The notes below the pieces were generated by a model. It was given only the letters and a program-made list of their open reading frames with translations, searched no databases and was not told the origin of the DNA. Below are positions 51,620-61,219 of a stretch of 64,000 nucleotides of DNA, piece by piece. The number at the start of each line of letters is the position of its first letter. Position 1 is the stretch's first letter. The stretch is from an uncultured Gemmatimonadales bacterium (GTDB lineage: Bacteria; Gemmatimonadota; Gemmatimonadetes; Longimicrobiales; RSA9), in contig CAWCUS010000006.1 of the NCBI GenBank assembly GCA_963798845.1, positions 544,001 through 608,000 of the forward strand, written 5' to 3'. Made by a program: the position numbers and the translations under genes.

Positions 51620-51745
51620 TGCCGCGCGGACACGGACTCGCTACGCGCCTCGCGGGCGTGCACGCGGCGGTCGCGGGCGTGCTCGCCCTGGTCCCCCGCG
51701 TCGTCGCTCGCTCGCCTCGCCCGCGTCGCCCGCGTCGCCCGCGTC

Positions 51746-53644
51746 GTGCGCTCGCTCGCCCCGGTCGCCCGCGTCGCTCGCTCGCTCGCCCCGGTCGCCC
51801 GCGTCGCGCTCCTGGGGCTCGCCCCGGTCCTGGCGCTCCCCGCCGGCGCGGCCGCGCAGCGCTCGCTCGTGTTCGAGCAGCTCCACGCCGACATCGTCGT
51901 GCGCAAGGACGGCGACATCGTGGTGACCGAAACGCTCCGGCCGCGATTCACGGGGGAGTGGAACGGGATCCTCCGCAACATCTCCCTGCGGCCGCCGGAC
52001 AACTACCACGCCGACTATCTCCTGGGCGTGCGCCTGCTGTCGGCCACCGACGGCGCCGGGCGCTCGCTGCGCACGGAGACGGTGCGGGTCTCGCACGACG
52101 AGCGGCAGTTCAAGATCTGGGTGCCGAACGCCGAGGACCGCACGGCCACCGTGATCCTCACGTACCAGGTCCGCAACGCCCTGGGGTTCTTCCGACCCGA
52201 AAACGGGCAGGACTGGGAGCCCATGGACGAGCTGTACTGGCAGGTGACCGGGACGGAGTGGGAGGTCCCGATCCAGCGGGCCAGCGCCCGCCTCGTCCTG
52301 CCGGAAAGCGCCGAGCCCCGCCAGATGTCCGCGTACGTCGGCGCTTCATCGTCCGGACGGCACGCCGACATCCGTGCCGTCGAGCCGGGCGTCGTGGACG
52401 TCGCGCCCATCGGCCCGCTCCAGCCGGGGGAAGGCCTGACCCTGGCCGTCGGCTGGCCGGCCGGGATCGTGGACCGCGCCGCCGCCGAGGACCTCCCCCG
52501 CCTCGACGGCGGCCGCGCCATCCACGCGCTCGACCTGTGGCCGCTCCTCATCCCGCTGATCATCCTCTGGTGGATGGCGGGGGCCTGGAACGAGCGCGGC
52601 CGCGATCCCGAGGGGCACGCCATCGCCGTCCAGTGGGAGCCCGTGCCCGGCCTCTCGCCGGCCGAGACGGGCACCCTCGTCGACAATGACGCCGGGATGC
52701 GGGACATCATCTCCACCCTCGTGGACCTGGCCGTGCGCGGGTACATCGTCATCGAGGAGCACGAGAAGTCCGGCCTCCTCCGCTTCGGACGCGAGTACCA
52801 CTTCCACCTGGTCAAGGCCCGCACGGAATGGGACGGCCTCGCCGTGCACGAGATGCGCTTCCTCGACGGCCTCTTCGACAGCACCACGCCCGCCGAAGCG
52901 CTCGCCGGGGTCACCAGCAAGACCGTCAACGTGCGCAGCCTCCTCGCCCATCTCGGCGTCGAGGACGCGTCGGTGTCGGCGCCCCCCGGCTCGCTCGACA
53001 GCGTCCGCCTCTCCGACCTCGAGAACCAGTTCTACAAGAAGGTCCCGGCAATCAAGGACGCCATCTATCACCAGCTGGTGGCGCACGGGTACTACGACCG
53101 CCGCCCCGACAAGGTGCGCGGCCGGTATCTCGCACTCGCAGCCGTGGTCGCCGCGGGAGGCGTGGGCGCCACCGCCCTCCACGCCTACGCAAGCGGCCCG
53201 ATCCTCGCCGGCGCCGTATTCGCCAGCGCCGTCATCATCGGAATCTTCGGCTGGCTCATGCCGCGGCGCACCGAGGCGGGCGCCCGCGCCCGCGAGGCGT
53301 CCCTCGGCTTCAAGCGGTTCCTCGAGCGCGTCGAGGCCCCCCGCTACAAACGCATGATCACGACGCCCCGGCAGTTCGAGCGCTTCCTCCCCTACGCCAT
53401 GGCGTTCCAGTGCGAGGACCGCTGGGCCGCCGCATTCGACGACATCCTGACCGAGCCTCCCGACTGGTACCGCGGCAGCCACACCGGCTTCACGCACTTC
53501 CGTCCGTCCACCTTCGCCAGCGACCTCGGCAAGCTCTCGTCCGCCGCGAGCTCCACCCTCTCCTCCTCTCCCAGCTCCTCCGGCTCCGGCGGCGGCGGCA
53601 GCGTCGGAGGAGGAGGCGGCGGCGGCGGCGGCGGAGGCTTCTGA
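51746..53644 (+). CDS. DUF2207 membrane protein (start uncertain; repeat tract at the 5' end)
   Basis: DGDIVVTETL, DELYWQVTG, VDLAVRGYI, FLPYAMAF, Gly/Ser-rich C-terminus GGGGGGF; follows lemA. Confidence 0.9.
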   Translation: MRSLAPVARVARSLAPVARVALLGLAPVLALPAGAAAQRSLVFEQLHADIVVRKDGDIVVTETLRPRFTGEWNGILRNISLRPPDNYHADYLLGVRLLSATDGAGRSLRTETVRVSHDERQFKIWVPNAEDRTATVILTYQVRNALGFFRPENGQDWEPMDELYWQVTGTEWEVPIQRASARLVLPESAEPRQMSAYVGASSSGRHADIRAVEPGVVDVAPIGPLQPGEGLTLAVGWPAGIVDRAAAEDLPRLDGGRAIHALDLWPLLIPLIILWWMAGAWNERGRDPEGHAIAVQWEPVPGLSPAETGTLVDNDAGMRDIISTLVDLAVRGYIVIEEHEKSGLLRFGREYHFHLVKARTEWDGLAVHEMRFLDGLFDSTTPAEALAGVTSKTVNVRSLLAHLGVEDASVSAPPGSLDSVRLSDLENQFYKKVPAIKDAIYHQLVAHGYYDRRPDKVRGRYLALAAVVAAGGVGATALHAYASGPILAGAVFASAVIIGIFGWLMPRRTEAGARAREASLGFKRFLERVEAPRYKRMITTPRQFERFLPYAMAFQCEDRWAAAFDDILTEPPDWYRGSHTGFTHFRPSTFASDLGKLSSAASSTLSSSPSSSGSGGGGSVGGGGGGGGGGGF

Positions 53645-53724
53645 CCCGCACAGCCGCGCCTTCAGACCGGGCCGTAGCCGCGGGTGCGTCGAGCGCGAGG
53701 AGTCCCGCTCGGCCATGGCGGTGC

Positions 53725-53899
53725 CCCGGGAGCGGACGTATTCCCGGAGCGGACCGGGGAACCGGACGTATTCCCGGGAGCGGACGTATTCCCGGGAGCG
53801 GACGTATTCCCGGGAGCGGACGTATTCCCGGGGGCGGACGTATTCCCGGGAGCGGACGTATTCCCGGGAGCGGACGTATTCCCGGGGGCGGACGTATTC
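53725..53899. repeat. intergenic 18-nt tandem array, 9 copies of the core
   Basis: unit CCCGGG(A/G)GCGGACGTATT. Confidence 0.92.
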
Positions 53900-53950
53900 A
53901 GCGCGGCAGTCCAGCGGCGGAGCCCGGGACTGGCTATCGCTCCCCCGGAT

Positions 53951-54058
53951 TTCTCTCCACGTGGAGAGAACAGAGCGCTGGCACAGTCGGCATAACTCTT
54001 TGTGGGACAACGAGATGAATGATCATCCATGCACCGGAGATCTCTCCACCTGGAGAGA
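53951..54058. promoter_or_regulatory. pair of palindromic operators TCTCTCCA-N2-TGGAGAGA
   Basis: perfect 20-bp palindrome at 53951-53970 and an 18-bp copy at 54041-54058. Confidence 0.6.
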
Positions 54059-55071
54059 GTTTCCGTGACGACCCAGCCGCAGCCGCAGCCGCAGCCGCAA
54101 CCGCAGCCGCAGCCGCGCCGCAACCGCCGCCGCCGCACGCCGCAGCCGCAGCCGCAGCCGCCGGGCCCCGGTCCGGGCGCCGCCGCCCTCGCCGCAGCCG
54201 CCGGGCCCTGGCCCGGGTCCGCTGCGCTCGCCGCCTGGGCTCGCCGCCTTCGCCGCCTTCGCCGCCTTCCTCAGAACGGCCGGCGGAGGTGTCCGATCCC
54301 TCGCCGGAGTATGGGATCACGGAAGCGGACATCGACCTCGGGCCGTGGATCGGGGCGTCGCCGGAGGAGTCAGGCTCGGGGGCCGAGTTCCGGCGGGAAG
54401 TGGCGGCGGTGGCCAGGGAAGTTCTGGTGGACCTCGCGCGACGGGGCGTGGACATCGGCCGTGCGCGGCGGAAGCGCAACGGAGCGGAGGCGGGTGGGGG
54501 CCAGGTGGAGGGGGGCGTCGCGGAGGGTCCGGACGAGAGTGCGGAGGGAGCTCGCGGAGCGGGCGAAGAGGTCGCCCGGGGACGCGGCTCCGCAGGCCCA
54601 ATGGATCCGTTGCCCTGGGAGCCTCGCGACAACACTCCGTTCCTGCTCGTGCGAGCGGGTGCGCGGCTGGAGGCGCGGCTGGAGGTGGGGCGCCGGCGCG
54701 GCCCCGAGCACGTCCAGAGTCATCGACGTGACTCTCGGGGATTCGGTGTCCGGCGGGACCTGGCGCTGCTGGAGGCCGCCCGGCCCGGGGGGACGTCTCC
54801 CGCTGGCTTGCGGCGACGGTTGGGGCTGGCGTCGGCGTCGGTTTCCGGGCTGGTGGGGCGCTGCGAGAGCCGGGGGCTGGTGGAGCGCCGTCCGCTGGGG
54901 AGCGACCGTCGCACGAGCCGGATCACGCTCACGGCGTCGGGGCTGGAGGCGGCGGCGTGTGTCGTGCGGTCGTGGCAGGCGGCGGATGACGCGCTGCTTT
55001 CCGGGCTGTCCATGGCAGAGCGGAACGAGCTGCGTCGGCTTCTGCACAAGGCCGCGCGGGCGCTGGCTTGA
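54019..55071 (+). CDS. MarR-family wHTH protein; long low-complexity N-terminus, true start uncertain (possibly 54601)
   Basis: SPAGLRRRLGLASASVSGLVGRCESRGLVERRPLGSDRRTSRITLTASG; (GCCGCA)n tract at 54074-54160. Confidence 0.55.
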   Translation: MIIHAPEISPPGESFRDDPAAAAAAAATAAAAAPQPPPPHAAAAAAAAGPRSGRRRPRRSRRALARVRCARRLGSPPSPPSPPSSERPAEVSDPSPEYGITEADIDLGPWIGASPEESGSGAEFRREVAAVAREVLVDLARRGVDIGRARRKRNGAEAGGGQVEGGVAEGPDESAEGARGAGEEVARGRGSAGPMDPLPWEPRDNTPFLLVRAGARLEARLEVGRRRGPEHVQSHRRDSRGFGVRRDLALLEAARPGGTSPAGLRRRLGLASASVSGLVGRCESRGLVERRPLGSDRRTSRITLTASGLEAAACVVRSWQAADDALLSGLSMAERNELRRLLHKAARALA

Positions 55072-55072
55072 T

Positions 55073-55168
55073 GGGTTGCGCGAGCGGCGGGCCGCGGGGT
55101 TGCGCGAGCGGCGGGCCCGGGGGTTGCGCGAGCGGCGGGCCCGGGGGTTGCGCGAGCGGCGGGTCGGG
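55073..55168. repeat. intergenic 24-nt tandem repeat, 4 copies
   Basis: unit GGGTTGCGCGAGCGGCGGGCCCGG immediately after the stop codon. Confidence 0.88.
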
Positions 55169-55215
55169 GGGCGTCGCCCTTGCTAGGCCGGGGCCTCCCG
55201 CTTATTGAGTTTCGC

Positions 55216-55653
55216 ATGAAGGAGTCAGAGGCGACAATGCCGGAGACCCCCGAGCAGATCGACCCGGCGCTGGAGGTATTCCTGCAGCGATTCAATCGTG
55301 GGGAATTCTGGGAGAGTCACGAGGCGCTGGAGGAGGCATGGCGTCGCACCGGGAGCGAGTTCTACCATGCGCTCATCCTCTTCGCGAGCGCGTTCGTGCA
55401 CGTGAAGCGCGGGAACCGGCACGGCATCGCCGCGCAGCTCGGGAAGGCCATGCCGCTGCTGGAGCTCCGCCGGCCGAACTACCTCGGCTTCGACATCGAG
55501 GGGCTGCTCGAGCACGCCGCCGTGTGCCGGCACCTGGTGGCCGAGAACCGGGAGGCGCCCGAATCCGCGTGGCAGGTGCTGATCCCGCTTCCCCGCCTGC
55601 GCTACGATCCCGCGCTCGTCCGGGGCGACGAGCCGGAGCTGGGCCGTGAATGA
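55216..55653 (+). CDS. DUF309 family protein
   Basis: FNRGEFWESHEALEEAW, LILFASAFVH. Confidence 0.85.
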   Translation: MKESEATMPETPEQIDPALEVFLQRFNRGEFWESHEALEEAWRRTGSEFYHALILFASAFVHVKRGNRHGIAAQLGKAMPLLELRRPNYLGFDIEGLLEHAAVCRHLVAENREAPESAWQVLIPLPRLRYDPALVRGDEPELGRE

Positions 55654-56975
55654 CGCGACCGCCGTCCGCGGCCGTTGACCGCACCGTCGCCCGCCCCCGC
55701 GTGGTCATCGTGGGCGGCGGGTTCGGCGGCCTGGAGGCGGCCAGGGGGCTCCGCCGCGCCGCCGTCGACGTCATGCTCCTCGACCGTCGCAACTACCACC
55801 TCTTCCAGCCGCTGCTCTACCAGGTGGCCACCGCCTCCCTTTCGCCCGCCGACGTGGCCGGTCCGATCCGGTCGATCCTGAAGCGGAGCCGGAACACGGA
55901 AGTGTGGATGGGCGAGGCCGTGGACGTGGACGTGGAGCGGCGGGTCGTCAGCCTGGTCGACGGTCGCCTGGACTACGACTACCTGGTGGTCGCCACCGGG
56001 GTCACCCACGCGTACTTCGGCCACGACGAGTGGGCTCCGCTCGCCCCCGGCCTGAAGACCGTGGACGACGCCCTGGAGATGCGGCGACGCTTCCTCCTTG
56101 CCTTCGAAGCCGCCGAGCGCGAAGCGGATCCGGACGCTCGAAGGCGCCTCCTCACCTTCGTCATCGTCGGCGCCGGCCCCACGGGAGTCGAGCTCGCCGG
56201 CGCCATGGCCGAGATCGCGCGCCAGTCCATCCCGCGAGATTTTCGCTTCGTGGACACCACCTCCGCCCGAATCCTCCTGGTGGAGGGCGCCGACCGCGTG
56301 CTGCCCGGCTACCCCCCCTCGCTCTCGGCCAGCGCCGACGCCCAGCTCCGCCGCCTGGGCGTGGACGTGCGCACCGGCGCGCTGGTCACCGGCATCGAGG
56401 AGGAAGGCGTCCATGTCGCCGACGACTTCGTCCCCGCCGCCAACGCATTCTGGGCCGCGGGCGTCGCCGCTTCCCCCCTCGCCGGCCGCCTCGGCGCCCC
56501 CCTCGACCGCGCCGGTCGCGTCCTGGTCCGCGACGACTGCTCGCTGCCCGACCACCCGGAGGTCTTCGTCATCGGCGATCTCGCCCACATCGAGCAGGAC
56601 GGCCAGCTCCTCCCGGGCGTGGCACAGGTCGCCATCCAGTCGGGCCGCCACGCCGCACGCGCCATCCGCAGCGACCTCGCCCGACGCCCCCGCAAGCCCT
56701 TCCACTACCGGGACCTCGGCAACCTCGCGACCATCGGCAGGAACGCCGCCGTCGCCGACTTCGGCCGTGTCCGTTTCGGCGGCTTCATCGCCTGGTTCAT
56801 CTGGGCCTTCATACACATCTACAACCTCATCAACTTCCGCAGCCGCATCCTCGTCATGGTCCAGTGGGCCTGGGCCTGGCTCACCTATCAGCGAGGGATC
56901 CGCCTCATCACCGGCTCTCCCGAGATCCGCCTCGAGCGCAGCCGCGGCGGACCGCCGGCCCCGCCGGACGGCTAG
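55650..56975 (+). CDS. ndh: type II NADH dehydrogenase
   Basis: VIVGGGFGGL, FQPLLYQVAT, VIVGAGPTGVELAG, FVIGD, AQVAIQ, LATIGR. Confidence 0.92.
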   Translation: MTRPPSAAVDRTVARPRVVIVGGGFGGLEAARGLRRAAVDVMLLDRRNYHLFQPLLYQVATASLSPADVAGPIRSILKRSRNTEVWMGEAVDVDVERRVVSLVDGRLDYDYLVVATGVTHAYFGHDEWAPLAPGLKTVDDALEMRRRFLLAFEAAEREADPDARRRLLTFVIVGAGPTGVELAGAMAEIARQSIPRDFRFVDTTSARILLVEGADRVLPGYPPSLSASADAQLRRLGVDVRTGALVTGIEEEGVHVADDFVPAANAFWAAGVAASPLAGRLGAPLDRAGRVLVRDDCSLPDHPEVFVIGDLAHIEQDGQLLPGVAQVAIQSGRHAARAIRSDLARRPRKPFHYRDLGNLATIGRNAAVADFGRVRFGGFIAWFIWAFIHIYNLINFRSRILVMVQWAWAWLTYQRGIRLITGSPEIRLERSRGGPPAPPDG

Positions 56976-57014
56976 TCCGGCCCTCGCGCGGCCCTCCCGC
57001 GCCCGCACTGCCTC

Positions 57015-57060
57015 TTGACACGGACCCGCCCGGCGCCCTAGCGTATTGGTCAACCGATAC
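57015..57060 (+). promoter_or_regulatory. promoter and probable YtrA-type operator
   Basis: TTGACA-N18-TAGCGT overlapping the inverted repeat GTATTGGT-CA-ACCGATAC (57043-57060). Confidence 0.6.
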
Positions 57061-57080
57061 ACCAACACGGCGAGGGCCCG

Positions 57081-57476
57081 GTGCTGATCTCCATCAATGC
57101 TGCGGACGTCCGGCCGATCTACGTCCAGATCATGGACGAGATCAAGCGGGCGGTAGTGCTTGGGACGGTCGGACCGGATGACGCGCTGCCGTCGGTGCGG
57201 CAGCTCGCGGGGGAGTTGCGGGTGAATCCGAACACGGTACAGCAGGCGTACAGGGAGCTGGAGCGGGAGGGTCTGATCTACGTACGGCGGGGTCAGGGTA
57301 CGTTCGTGGCGGAGGCGGGGGTGGTGGGGAGTGAGCGGGAGCGGCGGGAGCTCGCGGTGATGGTGGCGGGGCGGGCGTTGCGGGAGGCGTACCGGAACGG
57401 AGTGACGGCGGAGGAGCTGGTGGACGCGCTGCGCGAGGTCGCGCGAGAGAACGGGGCGGAAGGAGGCGATCGATGA
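57081..57476 (+). CDS. GntR family regulator (YtrA subfamily)
   Basis: PIYVQI, LPSVRQLA, VNPNTVQQAYRELE, GQGTFV. Confidence 0.93.
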   Translation: MLISINAADVRPIYVQIMDEIKRAVVLGTVGPDDALPSVRQLAGELRVNPNTVQQAYRELEREGLIYVRRGQGTFVAEAGVVGSERERRELAVMVAGRALREAYRNGVTAEELVDALREVARENGAEGGDR

Positions 57477-58453
57477 TGGCGCGGAACCTCACGGAAGCGA
57501 CCGTCGCGGAGCTGTCGGTGGAGACGTCGGGCGTGGCGAAGCGGTTCGGCTCGCGCGTAGCGCTGGCGGGTCTGGACCTGGTGGTGCCGCGGGGGTCGGT
57601 GTACGTGCTGGTGGGGCCGAACGGCGCGGGCAAGACGACGACGCTGCGGATCCTCCTGGACCTGGTGCGTGCGGACGCGGGATCGGCGAGTGTGCTGGGC
57701 CGGGACACGGTGTCGGAGGGGTCCGCGGTGCGGGCGCTGACCGGGTACGTGCCCGAGCGACAGGATGCCGGCTACGCCTGGATGAAGGTGGAGCAGCTGC
57801 TGGACTACCACGCCGGGTACCGCACGGCGTGGGATTCGTCGTACGCGCGGGAGCTGATGGGTCGGCTGGAGGTGGCGACGCACACGCGCTTCGGGAAGCT
57901 GTCGAAAGGCGAAGCTCGCCGCGTGCAGCTGGTGATGGCGCTGGCGCATCGTCCCCCTGTGCTGCTGCTGGACGAGCCGACGGACGGACTGGACCCGGTG
58001 ATGCGGGAGGAAGCGGTGCGGCTCCTGGCGAACCACGTGGCGGAGACGGCGTGCACGCTGCTGGTCTCGACGCACCTGGTGTACGAGGTGGAGGGGCTGG
58101 GCGACCGGTTGGGGGTGTTGAGGGAGGGGCGGCTCCTGGCGCAGCTGGACCGGGACACGCTGCGGTCGCGGCTGAGACGCTACACGCTGGAAGTGCCGGA
58201 AGGGTGGGGTGGCGTTCCCGAGCTGAGCGAGCGGGTGGTGCGGCGGAACGGGACGGGGCGCGAGGTGGCGTGGACGGTGTGGGGGGAAGAGCGGGAGGTG
58301 GTCGAGCGACTGGGCGCGGGCGGCTCGACGGTTCGGAGCGTCGATCCCCTGACACTGGAGGAGTCTGCCGTCGCGCTGCTGGCGATGCGGGGGATCGAGG
58401 GGAGACTGTCCCGGGAGCTGAACCCGCGGGCGCTCGCGGGGGAGAGGAGCTGA
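57473..58453 (+). CDS. ABC transporter ATP-binding protein (YtrB-like)
   Basis: GPNGAGKTT, LSKGE, LLLDEPTDGLDP, STH. Confidence 0.93.
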   Translation: MMARNLTEATVAELSVETSGVAKRFGSRVALAGLDLVVPRGSVYVLVGPNGAGKTTTLRILLDLVRADAGSASVLGRDTVSEGSAVRALTGYVPERQDAGYAWMKVEQLLDYHAGYRTAWDSSYARELMGRLEVATHTRFGKLSKGEARRVQLVMALAHRPPVLLLDEPTDGLDPVMREEAVRLLANHVAETACTLLVSTHLVYEVEGLGDRLGVLREGRLLAQLDRDTLRSRLRRYTLEVPEGWGGVPELSERVVRRNGTGREVAWTVWGEEREVVERLGAGGSTVRSVDPLTLEESAVALLAMRGIEGRLSRELNPRALAGERS

Positions 58454-58455
58454 CG

Positions 58456-59292
58456 ATGGAAGCGACCATGACGGTCCAGGCGACACACAGGCCTCTCGAA
58501 TTCGGGCGCGCGTTCGCGCATCAATTCCGGTTCCTCAACATGAGCCGCCGTCCCCTCATGCTGGGCGTGGCGCTGCTCGGCGTGCTCGCGCTGGGCGGGG
58601 AGCCGTGGAACCACGACCCGCTGACGCGCTTCTTCACGCTCTGGCCGGTGTGGGTGGTGCTGGCCGGGCCGTTCTGGGCGTTCGCGGTGTTCCACAACGA
58701 GGGGCCGAGCGAGCGGCTGTACCACTGGGCGCAGCCGGTGGGCCGGTGGACCCACACCGCGGCGCGCCTGTGCGCCGGACTGGCGTGGCTGTGGCTGTTG
58801 CTGGCGCTCCTGCTCGTGGCCGGGATCCTCGCCGCGGTCGCCGACGGCGACGCCGGGCAGTTCGCGCACATGACCGTCGCCGGCTGGGTCAACTACTTCA
58901 CGGGTCCGCTGCTCGGCTACATGATGATCTCCGTGCTGACCGTGGCGAGCGACCACCCGATCCGCTGGTTCTTCGGGATCATCTTCATGGTCCCCATCAC
59001 CGTGACGCTGCTGAGCGAATGGCTAGGGCTGGCGACGGTGGTCCGCCGCGTGCTTGGGCCGCTGGGCAACCCCTACTGGGGTCTCGGCGTGACGCTGGCC
59101 GGCGGCTTCGCCGACGGCATCCTGGCCGTGCAGCGGGCGGTCGTACCGACCGTCCGGCACACGGGGCCGGCGTTCGATGCCGCGGCCTGGTGGACGGCGC
59201 TCCCGCTCTGGACTCTCCTGCTGGCCGCGGTCGTGGCGGCGCTTGCCGTGCCGCATCCGGACGCATTTCCGCGCCTGCGCTGGCGCAGGTAG
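58456..59292 (+). CDS. ABC transporter permease-like membrane protein
   Basis: about 6 TMs; GGAG RBS; directly follows the ATPase. Confidence 0.75.
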   Translation: MEATMTVQATHRPLEFGRAFAHQFRFLNMSRRPLMLGVALLGVLALGGEPWNHDPLTRFFTLWPVWVVLAGPFWAFAVFHNEGPSERLYHWAQPVGRWTHTAARLCAGLAWLWLLLALLLVAGILAAVADGDAGQFAHMTVAGWVNYFTGPLLGYMMISVLTVASDHPIRWFFGIIFMVPITVTLLSEWLGLATVVRRVLGPLGNPYWGLGVTLAGGFADGILAVQRAVVPTVRHTGPAFDAAAWWTALPLWTLLLAAVVAALAVPHPDAFPRLRWRR

Positions 59293-59408
59293 CGCCAAAC
59301 CCTTGACAGACGATGTGAGACGGAAACAGCTTAGTTCGCGTCTCACAAAAACTTGGCCTGCCTCACCCGGCAGGGGAGTGTCCACAGCACAGGGAACGCA
59401 GACGGTCG

Positions 59409-60155
59409 ATGCGGACCTCGCTCCGACAGTTCGGCATGGTGGTCTTTTCAGTGCTCCTGGCGGCACCGGCGGCGGCTCAGAGCCTGCACGGGTCGCGGGC
59501 CTCGGTTTCCCGCATGTACCGGGTCGCGCAATCGCACGACTTCACCTTCCTGAACAGCGGCCGGCGGATCCGGGAGTTCGTCCGGATGGGCTATCTGGTC
59601 CAGCTGCCCGGGGACGGGAACTACTCGCTGGCGAACGTCTCCTACCCGTACGCGCGCCCCCAGACCAAGCTGTTCGTGGAGCGGCTGGCGGCTCAGTACA
59701 AGCAGGCGTGCGGTGAGCCGCTGGTGGTGACGAGCCTTACGAGGCCGAAGAACGACCAGCCCAACAACGCGTCGAGCCAGTCGGTCCATCCGACCGGGAT
59801 GGCGGTGGACGTGCGTCGGAGCAACCGGCTGGCGTGCCGAAAGTGGATCGAACGGACGCTGCTGTCGCTCGAAAAGGCGAGAGTGATCGAAGCGACGCGC
59901 GAGCGCTGGCCGCCCCACTACCACATCGCGGTGTTCCCGACCTCGTACACGCGATACGTCGCCGCGCTTCCGGACCCCTCGGTGCCGGCGGCGGCGGTGG
60001 CCGACAACACGCGCTACCGCGTGCGCCGCGGGGACAGCCTGTGGAGCATCGCCCGGAACCACGGGGTCGACGTGGACGAGCTGAAGGCTGCGAACGACCT
60101 GGCCGGGAACCGGATCTACGCCGGGCAGCGTCTGCTGATCCCGGCCGCCCGCTGA
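59409..60155 (+). CDS. secreted DUF5715-like (peptidase M15-like) + LysM protein
   Basis: signal peptide, VTSLTRP, SVHPTGMAVD, HYHIAV, YRVRRGDSLWSIA...IYAGQRL. Confidence 0.85.
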   Translation: MRTSLRQFGMVVFSVLLAAPAAAQSLHGSRASVSRMYRVAQSHDFTFLNSGRRIREFVRMGYLVQLPGDGNYSLANVSYPYARPQTKLFVERLAAQYKQACGEPLVVTSLTRPKNDQPNNASSQSVHPTGMAVDVRRSNRLACRKWIERTLLSLEKARVIEATRERWPPHYHIAVFPTSYTRYVAALPDPSVPAAAVADNTRYRVRRGDSLWSIARNHGVDVDELKAANDLAGNRIYAGQRLLIPAAR

Positions 60156-60174
60156 GAGAGGGACGCGGCGGGGC

Positions 60175-60459
60175 CTAGCGTCGCTGCATGTCCTCCGGCT
60201 GGTAGGGCAGCTGGTTGAGGTAGTTCTGCGCTTCCAGGTCGATGCGCGACGTGCGCAGCTGGTCGGTGGAGACGGTCACGGTCGTGTCCATCCCGTGCCG
60301 GTGCGCCGACACCGTCACCGTCCCATCCCCGCCTTCCAGCGTGACCGAGTGGTCGCTCGACGAGGCCACCTCCAGCGGGATGCGCTCCCTCAGGTACTCC
60401 GCCGCCAGCTCGATGGCGCGCCTTCCGGCCATGGCAGTGAGTCTCTGGTACGCGGCCAT
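60175..60459 (-). CDS. hypothetical protein (94 aa)
   Basis: strong purine-rich RBS; ordinary codon usage. Confidence 0.7.
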   Translation of the reverse strand: MAAYQRLTAMAGRRAIELAAEYLRERIPLEVASSSDHSVTLEGGDGTVTVSAHRHGMDTTVTVSTDQLRTSRIDLEAQNYLNQLPYQPEDMQRR

Positions 60460-60535
60460 CTCTCTCCGTCTCCCTGTTTCGATTCCCGGACGAAAACGCC
60501 TGAAGGAGAACGCCTCGCGGGCGGTGTGGCAAGGG

Positions 60536-61117
60536 TCAGTCCGCGCCGGCGAGCCACGTCCCGATGGCGCCCGGCGCGACCACGCCGGCGAGCCATCGGT
60601 CGCCGTGGCGCAGCATCGGGACGGCGGCCACGCCGGCCCTCTCCGCTTCCCGCTGGGCCGCCTCGACGGCCTCGCGGAGCTGGTCGAGTCCGAGCGCCAC
60701 GTGGAGCGCCTCGCGGTCCTCTCCGGCCGCGGCGCCAATGTCGGCCAGGACATCGATCCGCCCGATGTCGGCCCCGCCGGACCAGCAGGCGTGGTAAATG
60801 GCGGTCGCGAGCGCTAGGGCCGCGGTCTGGCCTCGCCCGGCGGCGAAGGCGACGGCTTCGTGGGCTTTGCCGGTGCGCGGGATGCGCTCGGGGAGGCGCA
60901 GCTCGAGCTCCCAGGCAGCCGCGAGGTCCGCGGCGGCCTCGACCTCGGCGGCCACCGCGTCGAGCGCGTCCGGCGGCAGCGGCAGGGGTGCCGGACGCAG
61001 CTCGAAAGGGTGGAGCGCCAGCTCGATGCCGGCGTCGGCGGCGGCCCGGCTCGCGGCGGCGAACGCGAGTCGGCAGAACGGGCTGGTGAAGTCGTGGTAG
61101 AGCGCCAGGGCTGCCAT
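60536..61117 (-). CDS. DsbA/FrnE-like thioredoxin-fold protein
   Basis: YHDFTSPFC, HPFELRP, AHEAV, GVAAVP. Confidence 0.8.
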   Translation of the reverse strand: MAALALYHDFTSPFCRLAFAAASRAAADAGIELALHPFELRPAPLPLPPDALDAVAAEVEAAADLAAAWELELRLPERIPRTGKAHEAVAFAAGRGQTAALALATAIYHACWSGGADIGRIDVLADIGAAAGEDREALHVALGLDQLREAVEAAQREAERAGVAAVPMLRHGDRWLAGVVAPGAIGTWLAGAD

Positions 61118-61219
61118 GGTGCCAAATGTAGCGGGCGTGGCCATCCCCGGCTCCCGACCTTGCCCCGGTCAACCGCGCCGGGTCATCTTGCCCGACGCGA
61201 ACTCGCACCGGGCAAGGTC

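Noticed and set aside
53725..53899. CRISPR array (also considered for 39513-39790)
   Set aside because: Units are contiguous with no unique spacers, the repeats are too short, and there are no cas genes
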